Shown here: positions 10,753 through 20,656 of the stretch, piece by piece
Layout: each line of letters begins with the position of its first letter
Position numbering within the stretch: the first letter of the stretch is position 1
Assembly: GCA_963818475.1 (NCBI GenBank)
Contig: CAWFSF010000006.1
Coordinates: forward strand, 2,272,001 to 2,336,000
Origin: Nitrospirota bacterium
Lineage (GTDB): Bacteria > Nitrospirota > UBA9217
Direction: 5' to 3'
Length of the DNA stretch: 64,000 nt
Notes under the pieces: model-generated
Database searches by the model: none
The model's input: only the letters and a program-made list of their open reading frames with translations
What the model was told of the DNA's origin: nothing
Made by a program: the position numbers and the translations under genes

Positions 10753-11004
10753 ATGAAGCGCATCATGATTGCTGTAGTAGCAATGCTTCTGGTTGCATCG
10801 GTAGCATTCGCCGGAAAGACTTATCAGTTCACCGGTACCGTTCTCGAGGTCAAGGACAACGTCATCATCGTTGACAAAGCCGGGGAAAAGTTTGAAATGT
10901 CCAAGGACGCCGGCACAAAGATCAAGGGCGACCTGAAGGTCGGCGCAAAGGTGACCGTGAAGTACGAGTCCCGCGCAGCCGAGATCGAAGTTAAGGGAAA
11001 GTAA
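10753..11004 (+). CDS. Small secreted protein, probable OB-fold
   Basis: Signal peptide ending AFA; AAGGAGG RBS; GDLKVGAKVTVKY. Confidence 0.75.
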   Translation: MKRIMIAVVAMLLVASVAFAGKTYQFTGTVLEVKDNVIIVDKAGEKFEMSKDAGTKIKGDLKVGAKVTVKYESRAAEIEVKGK

Positions 11005-11030
11005 GCCCATCCTCAAGCAGCATGCAACAC

Positions 11031-11059
11031 AAGCTCCGGCAAATTGCCGGAGCTTTTTT
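11031..11059 (+). terminator. Intrinsic terminator
   Basis: AAGCTCCGGC-aaatt-GCCGGAGCTTTTTT. Confidence 0.85.
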
Positions 11060-11213
11060 AATTCTGCCTGTCCCTTTACCCCCGTGCCATTGGCCACCAT
11101 CAAGCTTCATGCTTCGCGCCCGTTGATTGACATTGCGGGTGACACAAAAATATACTATACTTGCAAAAATAGCGTGCAGATACCTTGGCCAGGGACGAAT
11201 GGAGGTGCGTTTT

Positions 11214-12446
11214 ATGTACTCGTACGGGAACATATCGAGAAATACCATTGCCATGGTCCTGGCAGGCGGCAAAGGGGAGCGGCTCAGTCCGATCACCTTC
11301 GGCAGGCCGAAGCCGGCGGTCCCCTTTGGCGGGAAGTACAAGATCATCGATTTCGTACTCAGCAATATGTTCAACTCCGGGATCAAAAAGGTATACATCC
11401 TGACGCAATATCAGGCCTATTCCCTCAGCAAACACATCAAGGAGTCCTGGGCAAAATGGACCGGCCTGGGCGAGTTTTACGACACGATCTCCCCGGAAAC
11501 GACCAGCGTGGGCGAACAGTGGTATAAAGGGACTGCCGACGCTATTTACCAGAACCTGGGCTTTATCGAATCTTCGGGCGCCGAATATGTGGTCATCTTC
11601 GGCGGCGACCATATCTACAAGATGGACATCGCGCAGATGATGGCCTATCACCGGATGAACAAGGCGGAACTCACCATCGCGGTGCTCGAGATCCCTCCGG
11701 AAGAAGCTTTGCGCTTCGGGGTGCTGTGCGTGGACGAAGACCTGCGGGTCACCTCCTTTATGGAAAAGCCGAAAGACCCATCACGGGTCCCGAACAGGGC
11801 AACCTGCTTCGCATCCATGGGCAACTATGTTTTCTCGGCAAAGAAGCTCGTTGATGTCCTTAAAAAGGGCAAACGAAAGTTCGAAGACCTCGATTTCGGA
11901 AAGCATGTCATTCCCATGATGCTCGAAGCAAATGACAAGGTCTTCGCCTACAGCTTCTTTGACAATTACGTGCCGGGCATGGAACCGAACGAACGGGGAT
12001 ACTGGAAGGATGTGGGCACGCTCGACACCTATTACGAGGCGAACATGGACCTGGTCATGGTCAGCCCCCAGCTGAATCTCTACAACTACGAATGGCCGAT
12101 CCTGACCAATCAGGGGAACCTGCCGCCCGCAAAGACCGTGTTCGACAACGACGGCCGGCGGGGAATGAATATCGACTCCCTCGTCTGCGGAGGCTGCATC
12201 ACGAGCGGCGCCACGGTCCGGAGGTCGATCCTTGGCCCGTCCTGCAAGATCCACAGCTACGCCGAGATCGATGATTCCATCCTTTTCGACAATGTGGATG
12301 TTGGCAGAAACGCGAAGATCCGGAAAGCCATCATCGATGAGGGCGTTCATATTCCGGAGGGAATGGAGATCGGCTATGACCATGAGGAGGACCGCATGAG
12401 GGGGTGCATCGTGACCGAATCGGGGATCGTCGTGGTCACCCGGTAG
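11214..12446 (+). CDS. glgC: Glucose-1-phosphate adenylyltransferase
   Basis: VLAGGKGERL, KPAVPFGGKY, GTADAIYQN, GDHIYKMD, YWKDVGT; GGAGG RBS before ATG 11214. Confidence 0.95.
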   Translation: MYSYGNISRNTIAMVLAGGKGERLSPITFGRPKPAVPFGGKYKIIDFVLSNMFNSGIKKVYILTQYQAYSLSKHIKESWAKWTGLGEFYDTISPETTSVGEQWYKGTADAIYQNLGFIESSGAEYVVIFGGDHIYKMDIAQMMAYHRMNKAELTIAVLEIPPEEALRFGVLCVDEDLRVTSFMEKPKDPSRVPNRATCFASMGNYVFSAKKLVDVLKKGKRKFEDLDFGKHVIPMMLEANDKVFAYSFFDNYVPGMEPNERGYWKDVGTLDTYYEANMDLVMVSPQLNLYNYEWPILTNQGNLPPAKTVFDNDGRRGMNIDSLVCGGCITSGATVRRSILGPSCKIHSYAEIDDSILFDNVDVGRNAKIRKAIIDEGVHIPEGMEIGYDHEEDRMRGCIVTESGIVVVTR

Positions 12447-12607
12447 GGAGGGAGACTGCGGATCAGGTGTTCAGGAAGCTTTACCAGTTATTTGAAAAAC
12501 CCTGTTAGTCGTCTTTGCTGCAACCCCGGTCATAGTAGGGGCAGCGTGGCCTCGGTGAGCACCACGTCGGCCGGGCCGGCGTTCTGGACTGATGGTTCGT
12601 CCATGAT

Positions 12608-12946
12608 CTACTTCACCTCCTCGATCCACACGATATTTTCGTACATTGAGAAGATCGGCAGCCTCCATCCGTACTTCTTTATTTTGACGATCCTTCCCTT
12701 CAGCCTGACAGCGTCGTTCTGAACCGTACCCGAATTGAACTTGAACCGGTATTTGGCGTCAAAGTTGACAAATGGCCGGTCCTCGGTGGCGATCATGAAC
12801 CGCCCGTCCACTTTCGTCATCTGTGCATCGGTTATCTTCGTCGTGATCGTGTCCGCGACAAAATAGCTGTAGAGTATGGTCAGGACGCAAACCGCCATGC
12901 CGATAAGGATCGCCTTGAACTTAAATTGTTTCAATATCTCTGCCAT
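12608..12946 (-). CDS. Membrane-anchored hypothetical protein (DUF1523-like)
   Basis: N-terminal TM; KFNS and YGWRLPIFSMYENIV motifs; GGAGG RBS before ATG 12946. Confidence 0.6.
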   Translation of the reverse strand: MAEILKQFKFKAILIGMAVCVLTILYSYFVADTITTKITDAQMTKVDGRFMIATEDRPFVNFDAKYRFKFNSGTVQNDAVRLKGRIVKIKKYGWRLPIFSMYENIVWIEEVK

Positions 12947-13128
12947 GCATGCCTCCCCGCCCCTGAAATAGCCTGCCGTTTGACCGACTCTGTGCAGAAG
13001 TCTATCTAAAACCGGAGAGGGAGTCAAGGTTTCGTCCTTTGATTTCGGAAGATTAATGTTTGCCGAAATTATCAGTTTATGGTAAATATGACAATAGCTC
13101 TGCGCAACATCAATAACAAGGAGGAGTT

Positions 13129-13329
13129 ATGAACAAACAGATCGGCCTTATCCTGCTGGTAGCCGGCGTAGCCCTGTTGATCTGGGGCATAAGCATGACC
13201 GGCTCGTTCGAGTCCAAAATATCGCGTGCGTTTACGGGATCGCCAACAAACAAGACCATGGCGGTCCTTATCGCCGGAGGGGTTTGCACGGCCCTTGGAG
13301 CCTACCAGCTTTCGAGAAAAGGCCGGTAA
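13129..13329 (+). CDS. Small membrane protein (DUF3185-like)
   Basis: Two TM segments flanking SRAFTGSPT; AAGGAGG RBS. Confidence 0.75.
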   Translation: MNKQIGLILLVAGVALLIWGISMTGSFESKISRAFTGSPTNKTMAVLIAGGVCTALGAYQLSRKGR

Positions 13330-13364
13330 TCTCCGCGCCGCAGATCGTCAGCGGCAGGTGACAT

Positions 13365-13401
13365 AAAAAAGCCTGCCAGGGTATTCACTGGCAGGCTTTT
13401 T
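13365..13401. terminator. Bidirectional intrinsic terminator
   Basis: AAAAAAGCCTGCCAG...CTGGCAGGCTTTTT between convergent genes. Confidence 0.8.
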
Positions 13402-13499
13402 ATGCTTACTTCGAGGTTTGCATCCTCAACGATCTCCACCCTGTCCCCTTTTTCGGAGGGATAGGAGAAACGCTCAGCCTGCAAGCCTTCTGCGTTCCC

Positions 13500-14657
13500 T
13501 CACGCTACCTTGACCCTGTTGCGCCCGTCGTGCTTGGCAGCATAGAGCCTCGTGTCCACGAGCTTGATAAGTTGGGAAGGGTCCATGTTTTGTCCCGGAA
13601 CAAGCGATGCCACCCCGATACTGACGGTCACCACGCTCGCGGTCGCCGAAAAAGCGTGCGGCACGCCCAGAACCTCGACCTCGATCCTCAGCCTTTCGGC
13701 AATATCCGTCGCGCCCCGGATATCAGTGTCCGGAAGCACGACCATGAACTCCTCGCCTCCGTACCGGGCGGCAAGATCGGCCGGCCGCTTCACTGACCCG
13801 GCGATGACCGCCGCAACCTTCTTAAGGCATTCGTCACCGCCCTGGTGCCCGTAATTATCGTTGTAGAGCTTGAAATGGTCGATATCCAGCATGATGAGGG
13901 AGATCGGCCGCTGGTCCCGCATGGCGCGGCGCCATTCCTGGTCCATGCACTCGTCGAAGCTCTGGCGGTTCGCGAGCCCGGTCAGGCCGTCTATTGTCGA
14001 AGCTCGGCGCAGAATATCGTTCCCTTTCCTCACCTCTTCGAGGAGCGCAAGGTTCTCGAATTTCAGCGAGATGGAAGAAGTTATGGCATTGTGGTGTTTA
14101 AAGGAATGATTAAGAATGGTGAACAGGTAGGTCACGACAAGAACGCTTATGGTATATTCGAACTCCCCCCCGTCAAGGAAACAGCGGATCGCATAGAGCA
14201 GCATGGCCGGTACGGCCCACATGGCTGGTCCGTATTTCAGGGAAGAATGGGATATGGTGGTAGAAGCAGACATGCTTGCCACGACAAGGACAAAAAGGGA
14301 TATGAGACCGTGATCGCCTGACGGGAAAATAATGAATGCAGAGAGGCCCCAGGTCATGCCCGAAAGAAGAGCCAGGAGCAGATAAGCGTTCTTCCAGTAC
14401 GCTCCTTCAAAAGGCTGGTCGCGGACGCCGAGGAACCGGTAGTACATTACGATCCTGCCGGCAACAATAGCCAGGATCATCAGTATCCATGTAAGGATGT
14501 TTGCGTGAGGAACGAGACGGCGCACAACATAGCACAGGACCAGCGCGACAATGAACGCGGTGACTTGCATCGTTGGAAGCTGACTGAAGGCCAGGCGGAC
14601 CTGTTCCCTCAGAATGTCGTCATTGAAGTCTCTGCTTATATTTATCTCGTTAGGCAT
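13500..14657 (-). CDS. Membrane-bound diguanylate cyclase
   Basis: Multiple TM helices; DIDHFKLYND, RPAD I-site, RYGGEEF. Confidence 0.92.
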   Translation of the reverse strand: MPNEINISRDFNDDILREQVRLAFSQLPTMQVTAFIVALVLCYVVRRLVPHANILTWILMILAIVAGRIVMYYRFLGVRDQPFEGAYWKNAYLLLALLSGMTWGLSAFIIFPSGDHGLISLFVLVVASMSASTTISHSSLKYGPAMWAVPAMLLYAIRCFLDGGEFEYTISVLVVTYLFTILNHSFKHHNAITSSISLKFENLALLEEVRKGNDILRRASTIDGLTGLANRQSFDECMDQEWRRAMRDQRPISLIMLDIDHFKLYNDNYGHQGGDECLKKVAAVIAGSVKRPADLAARYGGEEFMVVLPDTDIRGATDIAERLRIEVEVLGVPHAFSATASVVTVSIGVASLVPGQNMDPSQLIKLVDTRLYAAKHDGRNRVKVA

Positions 14658-14762
14658 GGTTCAGCTTTGCATTACCTTCTTGCCAAAAGATCATGATCCA
14701 ACACGAAACACAACGGAGAAAGTCTATCTGAAAGGGGAAGAGGTGTCAATGAGAAGCATAAT

Positions 14763-14798
14763 AAAAAACCCTTCATCATGGTTCCGATGAAGGGTTTT
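14763..14798 (-). terminator. Terminator of the glutamate synthase operon
   Basis: AAAACCCTTCATC...GATGAAGGGTTTT hairpin with flanking A/T runs. Confidence 0.75.
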
Positions 14799-14855
14799 AC
14801 ATTTCATGTCCGGAGAGATTCTGTCTTACCTTTCCCCGGGGGTCGGGGATACTGC

Positions 14856-17183
14856 CTAGACGTTCTCCTTCATCTCCCACACACCGCAGGGGCAGATGCC
14901 GGCGCAGAAACCGCAGCCGATGCACTTCGACTCATCCACCACATACTCGAAGGACTTATTCGGCAATTTCTTCCTGGTAATTGCGCCGTAGTAGCATGAC
15001 TGCTCGCACATGCCGCAATCGCGGCAGGAGCCGCAGGACATGCAGCGATCGGCCTCTTTTTTGGCATTGAACTTGATCGTGTCGAACCGGCAAACCTCAT
15101 AGTACTGGGTCTTGATCCGCTCGTAGGGGATCGCGCGCCGCTCTTCGGGCACGTAGTCGGTGTTCATAAGCTGGGCGTTGATGACGTCCGCGGCAACCTT
15201 GCCCTGGCCGATGGCGTGGGTCACCAGACCCGGCTTGGTCGCATCGCCGATGGCGAAGACCTTCACGTCCGAGGTTTGTCCCAGGTCGTTCACCGTTATG
15301 TACCCGCGTTCGGTATTGATCGATTGCGGCAGGAAGTCGAGCACCGGCTTTTCGCCGATGGAGATGATCACCATATCAGCGTCCAGAGATGTGCCGTCCT
15401 TGAAGTAGATTTTCTTTTCCTTTGCGACATACTTCTCGGTCACCTTCGGGAACAGAATCTCTGTGCCCTTGGCTTTCGCCATCTCCTGCTCTTTGCCGAA
15501 AGAAGCGGGCTTCTGCACATCAACAGCGGTCACGGACGCTGCGCCGTGCTCATAGGCCTGGCACGCGATGTCCATACCCACGTTGCCCGCGCCGATCACG
15601 ACCACCTTCTTGCCTTTGAGGTTCCTCGGCTTGCCGAAATTCACCTCTTTAAGGTAATCGATGCCCGCGACCACGTCCTCGTGCCCAGGGAACGGGATCA
15701 CGCGGCCTTCATGGGCGCCGACCGCAATGACCACCAGATCGTGGTCCAGGTATATTCTCTCGAACTTCTTTTTATCCACCGGAGACTTCACGTGAACGTT
15801 CACGCCGATCTCGGCAAAGCGTGAAAGTTCCTTATCAAGGATCTTCTTCGGCAGGCGCTCGCGCGGTATGCACATTTCGAGCTTGCCGCCGATCTTGCCC
15901 GAAGCTTCGTAGAGGTCAACGCTGTGGCCTTTAAGCCCCAACTGCCACGCTGCCGAGAGTCCGCCGGGACCGCCGCCGATAATTGCGACGCTCTGGCCGG
16001 TCGACTTTGCTTTCTTCGGCGCTTTCAAGTTCAGCGCTGCTGCACCGTATTCTTTGATGTTCAGGGGCTCGTCAACGCGGCCGCGAGTGCAGTCGGTCAT
16101 GCACAGGTTCGGGCAAACCGTGCCGCAGACCGTTGCCGGCAGCGGGCTGTACTGGAGCACGAGCGCAAGCGCCTCGGCCGTTCTCCCCTGTCTGATAAGC
16201 GATGCCCGCTTATGCGACGGGATCCGGGAAGGACAGGCGTAAGCGCAGGGAGGAAGATACTGGTCGTTCTTCCAGACCGGCATCCAGCGGCGCTCTTCCC
16301 CGGTCGTGATATAGGGAAGCACCGAACGGTCATGGGTGAGGTAAGCGCCGAACATGCCGCCCTTGCCCACTTCCTTTTCCCACAGGTTCAGGCGGAACTC
16401 CGTGAGTCCCATCTTGAGCTTGCCCTTTGCCTTGGTTTTCTCAGCCGGGGTAAAAGCGATGAGCTTCTTCCAGGCAGAGATGTCCTTCGTGAGCTCCTCA
16501 TAATGGGACATGCGGTCAATGGCCGTGAGATAAGGCTTCATGTTCGTGGTAAGCCACTCCCAGTCCTGCGGGGTGAGGTCCACTAGCTTCACATCTGCCT
16601 TGCTGTATTCCTTGATAGGGCCGCGGAAATAGATCGTGCCGCCGACCATGCCAACGCAGGGGCGATAGCCCAGGATATTTTCGGGATCGCGGGGCTCAAC
16701 GCCGCAGACCACGGCAATGCCGCCTGCCTTGAACTCGGCAAAGGAATCGCCCACGCTCCTGAAGTACCAGGACTCGAGGTCCGGGAACCGGGGATTCTTC
16801 TTAGTCATTGTCTCGCAGCGTGCGCCGCCGCCGCCCTGGACATAGAGCTTGCCCTGTGCGCCTGCGTTGTGCGCGCCGTTCGCCACGTCGCCGAGCACGG
16901 TGATCGTCGTGCCGCAATTGAGCCAGCCCGTGTCGTCGGAAGTCGAGCCCTTGACCAAGATCACGGTGTTGTCCATGCCCATGCTGCCCACGCGCTGGCC
17001 GGACGTACCTTCGATGGTGATCTTCACCTTGCCGAATTGCGGCCAGATGCGGCCGCCGATGCCGTGCTGACCGTCGGCAACAACCGTCAGCTCCTTGGCG
17101 CCGTCCTTGATGGCTTTCTGTATCTGCTCTTCGAGCGTTTTCGAAGAGACGCGTTTTCCGTCGATATTGCCCTTGATTATCAT
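14856..17183 (-). CDS. Glutamate synthase subunit: GXGXG (GltB domain 3) fused to a GltD-like FAD/NAD(P)H oxidoreductase and a 2x[4Fe-4S] ferredoxin
   Basis: GQHGIGG, GQRVGSMG; PPCAYACP; IIGGGPGGL; VIGAGNVGMD; C-terminal CxxCxxCxxxC pairs. Confidence 0.88.
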   Translation of the reverse strand: MIIKGNIDGKRVSSKTLEEQIQKAIKDGAKELTVVADGQHGIGGRIWPQFGKVKITIEGTSGQRVGSMGMDNTVILVKGSTSDDTGWLNCGTTITVLGDVANGAHNAGAQGKLYVQGGGGARCETMTKKNPRFPDLESWYFRSVGDSFAEFKAGGIAVVCGVEPRDPENILGYRPCVGMVGGTIYFRGPIKEYSKADVKLVDLTPQDWEWLTTNMKPYLTAIDRMSHYEELTKDISAWKKLIAFTPAEKTKAKGKLKMGLTEFRLNLWEKEVGKGGMFGAYLTHDRSVLPYITTGEERRWMPVWKNDQYLPPCAYACPSRIPSHKRASLIRQGRTAEALALVLQYSPLPATVCGTVCPNLCMTDCTRGRVDEPLNIKEYGAAALNLKAPKKAKSTGQSVAIIGGGPGGLSAAWQLGLKGHSVDLYEASGKIGGKLEMCIPRERLPKKILDKELSRFAEIGVNVHVKSPVDKKKFERIYLDHDLVVIAVGAHEGRVIPFPGHEDVVAGIDYLKEVNFGKPRNLKGKKVVVIGAGNVGMDIACQAYEHGAASVTAVDVQKPASFGKEQEMAKAKGTEILFPKVTEKYVAKEKKIYFKDGTSLDADMVIISIGEKPVLDFLPQSINTERGYITVNDLGQTSDVKVFAIGDATKPGLVTHAIGQGKVAADVINAQLMNTDYVPEERRAIPYERIKTQYYEVCRFDTIKFNAKKEADRCMSCGSCRDCGMCEQSCYYGAITRKKLPNKSFEYVVDESKCIGCGFCAGICPCGVWEMKENV

Positions 17184-17251
17184 TTTATCCTCAAAGCGAT
17201 TTAATTAACCACGGAGTCACGGAGAAGTTACACTTCAGCGGTTTATTTTTA

Positions 17252-17282
17252 AATCCGCAATCCGAAATCCGCATTCCGCAAT
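17252..17282. repeat. Tandem heptamer array AATCCG(C/A)
   Basis: aatccgc aatccga aatccgc attccgc aat. Confidence 0.85.
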
Positions 17283-18937
17283 CAACATACGTAGCTGATC
17301 GAAAGCCGATCCGCGATGTCCTTGTCCGCCACACCCAGTGCGTCGGACATGCCGATGGGAAGCTCGGTGCTCCGCCCCAGCGGCGCAAAGATCTTCTTGA
17401 GCTCCACGTCGGCCGCCTTGAACACCTCGACGACCCGTTCAGCCACTTTGTCGGGGTCAAGCCTGCGGTACAGCTTGGGATCCTGCGTCGTAATGCCCCG
17501 CGGGCACTTGCCGAGGTTGCAGACATTGCAGCGGTTGTACTCGTCGCCGAAGCAGCCCGCAGCGGTCTGCATGATGTACTTGCCGATGTCCACGGCCGAA
17601 GCGCCGAGCATGATGAGCGCTGCCGCGTTCGCCGCGAGGTTGCCGCCCTTGCCCACGCCGCCCGCGGCGATCAAGGGAAGCTCGTTCTGTTTGCCCTGCT
17701 TCACGAGGTCGAGGTAGCAATCGCGGATGTTCGATGCGATGGGATGGCCCATCTTGTCCATGGACACGTTATATGCCGCCCCGGTGCCGCCATCCTCGCC
17801 GTCGATGCAAAGCGCCGCGGCATAAGGGTTTCGGGCAAGGTTGTTCAGCACGGCACGGGCCGTCTTGGTGCCCGAGATCTTGGGATAGACCGGCACGCGG
17901 AAACCCCAGGCCATGGACATGGACTGGATCATCTTCGCAACAGCCTCTTCAATGGAATATTTCGTCTGGTGCGTGGGCGGCGAGGCCAGATCGATGAACT
18001 GCGGCACGCCGCGGATCTTCGAGATAAGGCCGAGCACCTTGTAGGCCTGGAGCAGGCCGCCGTCGCCCGGTTTCGCGCCCTGTCCGTACTTGATCTCGAT
18101 GGCGCAGGGGTCTTCGATCATGTCAGGAAGACAACGGATGATCTCGTCCCAACCGAAATATCCTGACGCGATCTGGATAATGAAATATTTCAAGTAGCGC
18201 GACTTGAGGATGCTCGGCGGCAGACCGCCCTCTCCCGAGCACATGACCACGGGAAGGCCTTCGACCTCGTTCAGATAGGTGATGCCCATGGCGAGGCCTT
18301 CCCACATATGCGGAGAGAGCGCGCCGATGGACATGCTGCCGATCCTGATGGGGTAGATCTCGCGCACCGGAGGGACAAAGGATCCCTCGATCATGCCGAG
18401 CTTGTTGCCCTGGACCCTGATGGGAAGCTGCTCCGCCGGAAGGTTCCGGCCCAGAAGCGTCCTGATGCGGAATTCATGGCGTCCTGCGTCGAGCGCCGGG
18501 TCGGTGAGCATCGAGATACGCGTGAACTTGAGCTTGTCGAGCGTCGATACCGACGGATCGTTCCTGCGGCCGCCGCGCATATAGGGGATGCCGCCCTTGT
18601 TCTTGAAGTGGTAGAACTTGTGCTGAAAATTGTACTCAGGAAAGATCGCTTCTGTGGGGCAGACCAGCGCGCAGGTGCCGCAGCCGATACAGTAGCGTTC
18701 GATCTCCATGGACTGCTTCACCACGTGGGTCAGCCTGCGGGTCACCTTCGGCTCGGGACTGGAGCCCTCGGACGTGACGGTCCGCTGGGTGTTGACCGCG
18801 GGTTCGATGGCCTTCACCGGGCAGACGGCGGTGCAGCGTCCGCAGCGCGTGCAGCGGTCCTCGCGCCATTTGATGATATAGGGAAACTCTTTGATCGAGA
18901 GTTGATGGTTCTGGTCTAACCGTGCAGCTGATTCCAT
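17282..18937 (-). CDS. Glutamate synthase FMN-binding subunit with an N-terminal ferredoxin domain
   Basis: MSIGALS, SGEGG, QIASGYFG, EIKYGQGAKPGDGG, CNLGKCPRGITTQDP. Confidence 0.92.
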   Translation of the reverse strand: MESAARLDQNHQLSIKEFPYIIKWREDRCTRCGRCTAVCPVKAIEPAVNTQRTVTSEGSSPEPKVTRRLTHVVKQSMEIERYCIGCGTCALVCPTEAIFPEYNFQHKFYHFKNKGGIPYMRGGRRNDPSVSTLDKLKFTRISMLTDPALDAGRHEFRIRTLLGRNLPAEQLPIRVQGNKLGMIEGSFVPPVREIYPIRIGSMSIGALSPHMWEGLAMGITYLNEVEGLPVVMCSGEGGLPPSILKSRYLKYFIIQIASGYFGWDEIIRCLPDMIEDPCAIEIKYGQGAKPGDGGLLQAYKVLGLISKIRGVPQFIDLASPPTHQTKYSIEEAVAKMIQSMSMAWGFRVPVYPKISGTKTARAVLNNLARNPYAAALCIDGEDGGTGAAYNVSMDKMGHPIASNIRDCYLDLVKQGKQNELPLIAAGGVGKGGNLAANAAALIMLGASAVDIGKYIMQTAAGCFGDEYNRCNVCNLGKCPRGITTQDPKLYRRLDPDKVAERVVEVFKAADVELKKIFAPLGRSTELPIGMSDALGVADKDIADRLSISYVC

Positions 18938-20025
18938 ACCTTAACCTCCCGCGCGCCAGGCGCGATGATCACCATGTCGTACTTCATGGGGAAAATATCC
19001 GTTGTCTTGTCCCGGTCCGGCACCGCACTGTCCACGCCGCAGACCTCGGACATGAGCGCGTACTTGCCTTGCTTACCCCCGACGATGCCGGGTCGAAGCT
19101 TCTTCGAGTCCTGTACCATGAAGACCGTGCCGTCGGGCGTAAAACCGATAATGCAGTTAGGGCCGTCGATGCAAAGCGGCCGGAGCGATTTTTTGAGCAG
19201 CCGGAGCGCCGGAGCGTCGGAACGGCCGGCGATCTCGCTGTCCTTCATCGGGGTTATAATGTCCTTATAGTAAGAAAGCGGATACCCGAGGGTCCGGTTC
19301 GTATAGTGCATGATGTGGGTGAAGACCTCGGAGTCGGAGTTGTACCCCATGTACCCCGGGTTGCCGCGGCCCATGAGAAACTCGCGGATCGGAACGAAAG
19401 CCGTGTTCTCGCCATTCGTCATGGTGCCGTAGCCCTGGATGAAAAAGGGATGGCAGGCATAAAGATAGATGGCGTAGTTAGTGTTCTGTCGGCCCTGGGC
19501 AAGAACGATCTTGGCCTTGACGTCGGACCGGTCGAGGCCGAAGAACTCGCCCACCTGGAGCGGATCGCCGACCTCCTTGAGCGTCAGCACGTCGGGGTAG
19601 AAGGAGAAGACAAAGAGCGACCCGTCGGGCTCGCCCATGCACCGGAGGGCCAGCCTCGTATTCATGAGCAGGTCCTCCTTCTCGCGCAAGGGTTTATCCC
19701 GGTACGATTCGGGATAATCATACACCTTGGCGATATAGTGCTCACGGCGTTCGATACCCGGTACGTTCTTGATGGAGGGCGCCCAGGTAAACTTCTCCTT
19801 GAATCCATGGGTCTTCATGTATTCGTCCAGGTCCCGAAGCCCCTTGTTCGAACAGATCGCGGAAAGAACGGGAAATCCCTTGAACTCCGCGAAGGGCCCG
19901 CCCAGGTCCTTGAGCATCAGGCCGAGCCCGGACCCGTCATGGCCTTCCTTCATGGTCTCGAGCGCATGGATGTTCTCCATGGGGGAGAAATAGTCGCTCG
20001 ATGTTATTGCGCTCAAACGGCACAT
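18916..20025 (-). CDS. Glutamate synthase class II glutamine amidotransferase subunit
   Basis: N-terminal MC (Ntn nucleophile), GHDGSGLG, NGENT, SDSE, LRPG. Confidence 0.9.
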   Translation of the reverse strand: MCRLSAITSSDYFSPMENIHALETMKEGHDGSGLGLMLKDLGGPFAEFKGFPVLSAICSNKGLRDLDEYMKTHGFKEKFTWAPSIKNVPGIERREHYIAKVYDYPESYRDKPLREKEDLLMNTRLALRCMGEPDGSLFVFSFYPDVLTLKEVGDPLQVGEFFGLDRSDVKAKIVLAQGRQNTNYAIYLYACHPFFIQGYGTMTNGENTAFVPIREFLMGRGNPGYMGYNSDSEVFTHIMHYTNRTLGYPLSYYKDIITPMKDSEIAGRSDAPALRLLKKSLRPLCIDGPNCIIGFTPDGTVFMVQDSKKLRPGIVGGKQGKYALMSEVCGVDSAVPDRDKTTDIFPMKYDMVIIAPGAREVKVWNQLHG

Positions 20026-20260
20026 GCTGTTGCTCCTCTTCTTACCGCCAGTGATGGTGGGGAAAAATCACCCGGGCAGGAAAAACCATGCGTTGTCGCC
20101 TGCCGGTACCGTAGGGGACTACCCTTCAATTATAAACGGGGAGTATCGGATTTGGGAGTTCGCTATGGTTTTGTTTCCGCCCCAGGGGGAATCCGGGCTG
20201 CCGGCGAGAACGATCACCTCCAGGCGGGGAAACGCCTGCGATGCACATGCTCAACCAGCG

Positions 20261-20289
20261 GCAAAAAGCCCCTTTACGAGGGGCTTTTT
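20261..20289 (-). terminator. Terminator-like hairpin in the leader of the glutamate synthase operon
   Basis: AAAAAGCCCCT-cgtaa-AGGGGCTTTTT, ~60 nt downstream of a TTGACA-18-TATTTT promoter (20350-20321). Confidence 0.6.
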
Positions 20290-20656
20290 AATCGGCAATA
20301 CCTTTGCCGTATGACTAGGTAAAATACACCGGGTAAAGCTCTGCTGTCAAGCAAAAATTGAGCGCGGCAGGGGGAGGGATCGCGCTGAATCGGAAGCGAG
20401 CTACGCGGCCGAGGAATGGGTCCTTGCAAGGGAGGACGTAGAGTAAATAAGATCCTTGAGCGGGACCAGACGGGAAATATTCGAAGAGCGTTGACATGGC
20501 CTTGCTCTCGGTGACAATGCCGTTTCGTTTTTTGCTTTTTCGAAACGAGAGGTCATGCCGCCTCTTTCAGGATCATCCGCCTGAACTGTAGCTTCTTTTA
20601 GCTCCTTGTTTCAGCGAATACCGAAGCTGTACATCAGGGTATTTTGGAACTACTCA

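Noticed and set aside
20285-20312. ANTAR dual-hairpin motif in the glt leader
   Set aside because: The loops do not form two clean hexaloops with the expected closing pairs; kept only as a generic attenuator candidate
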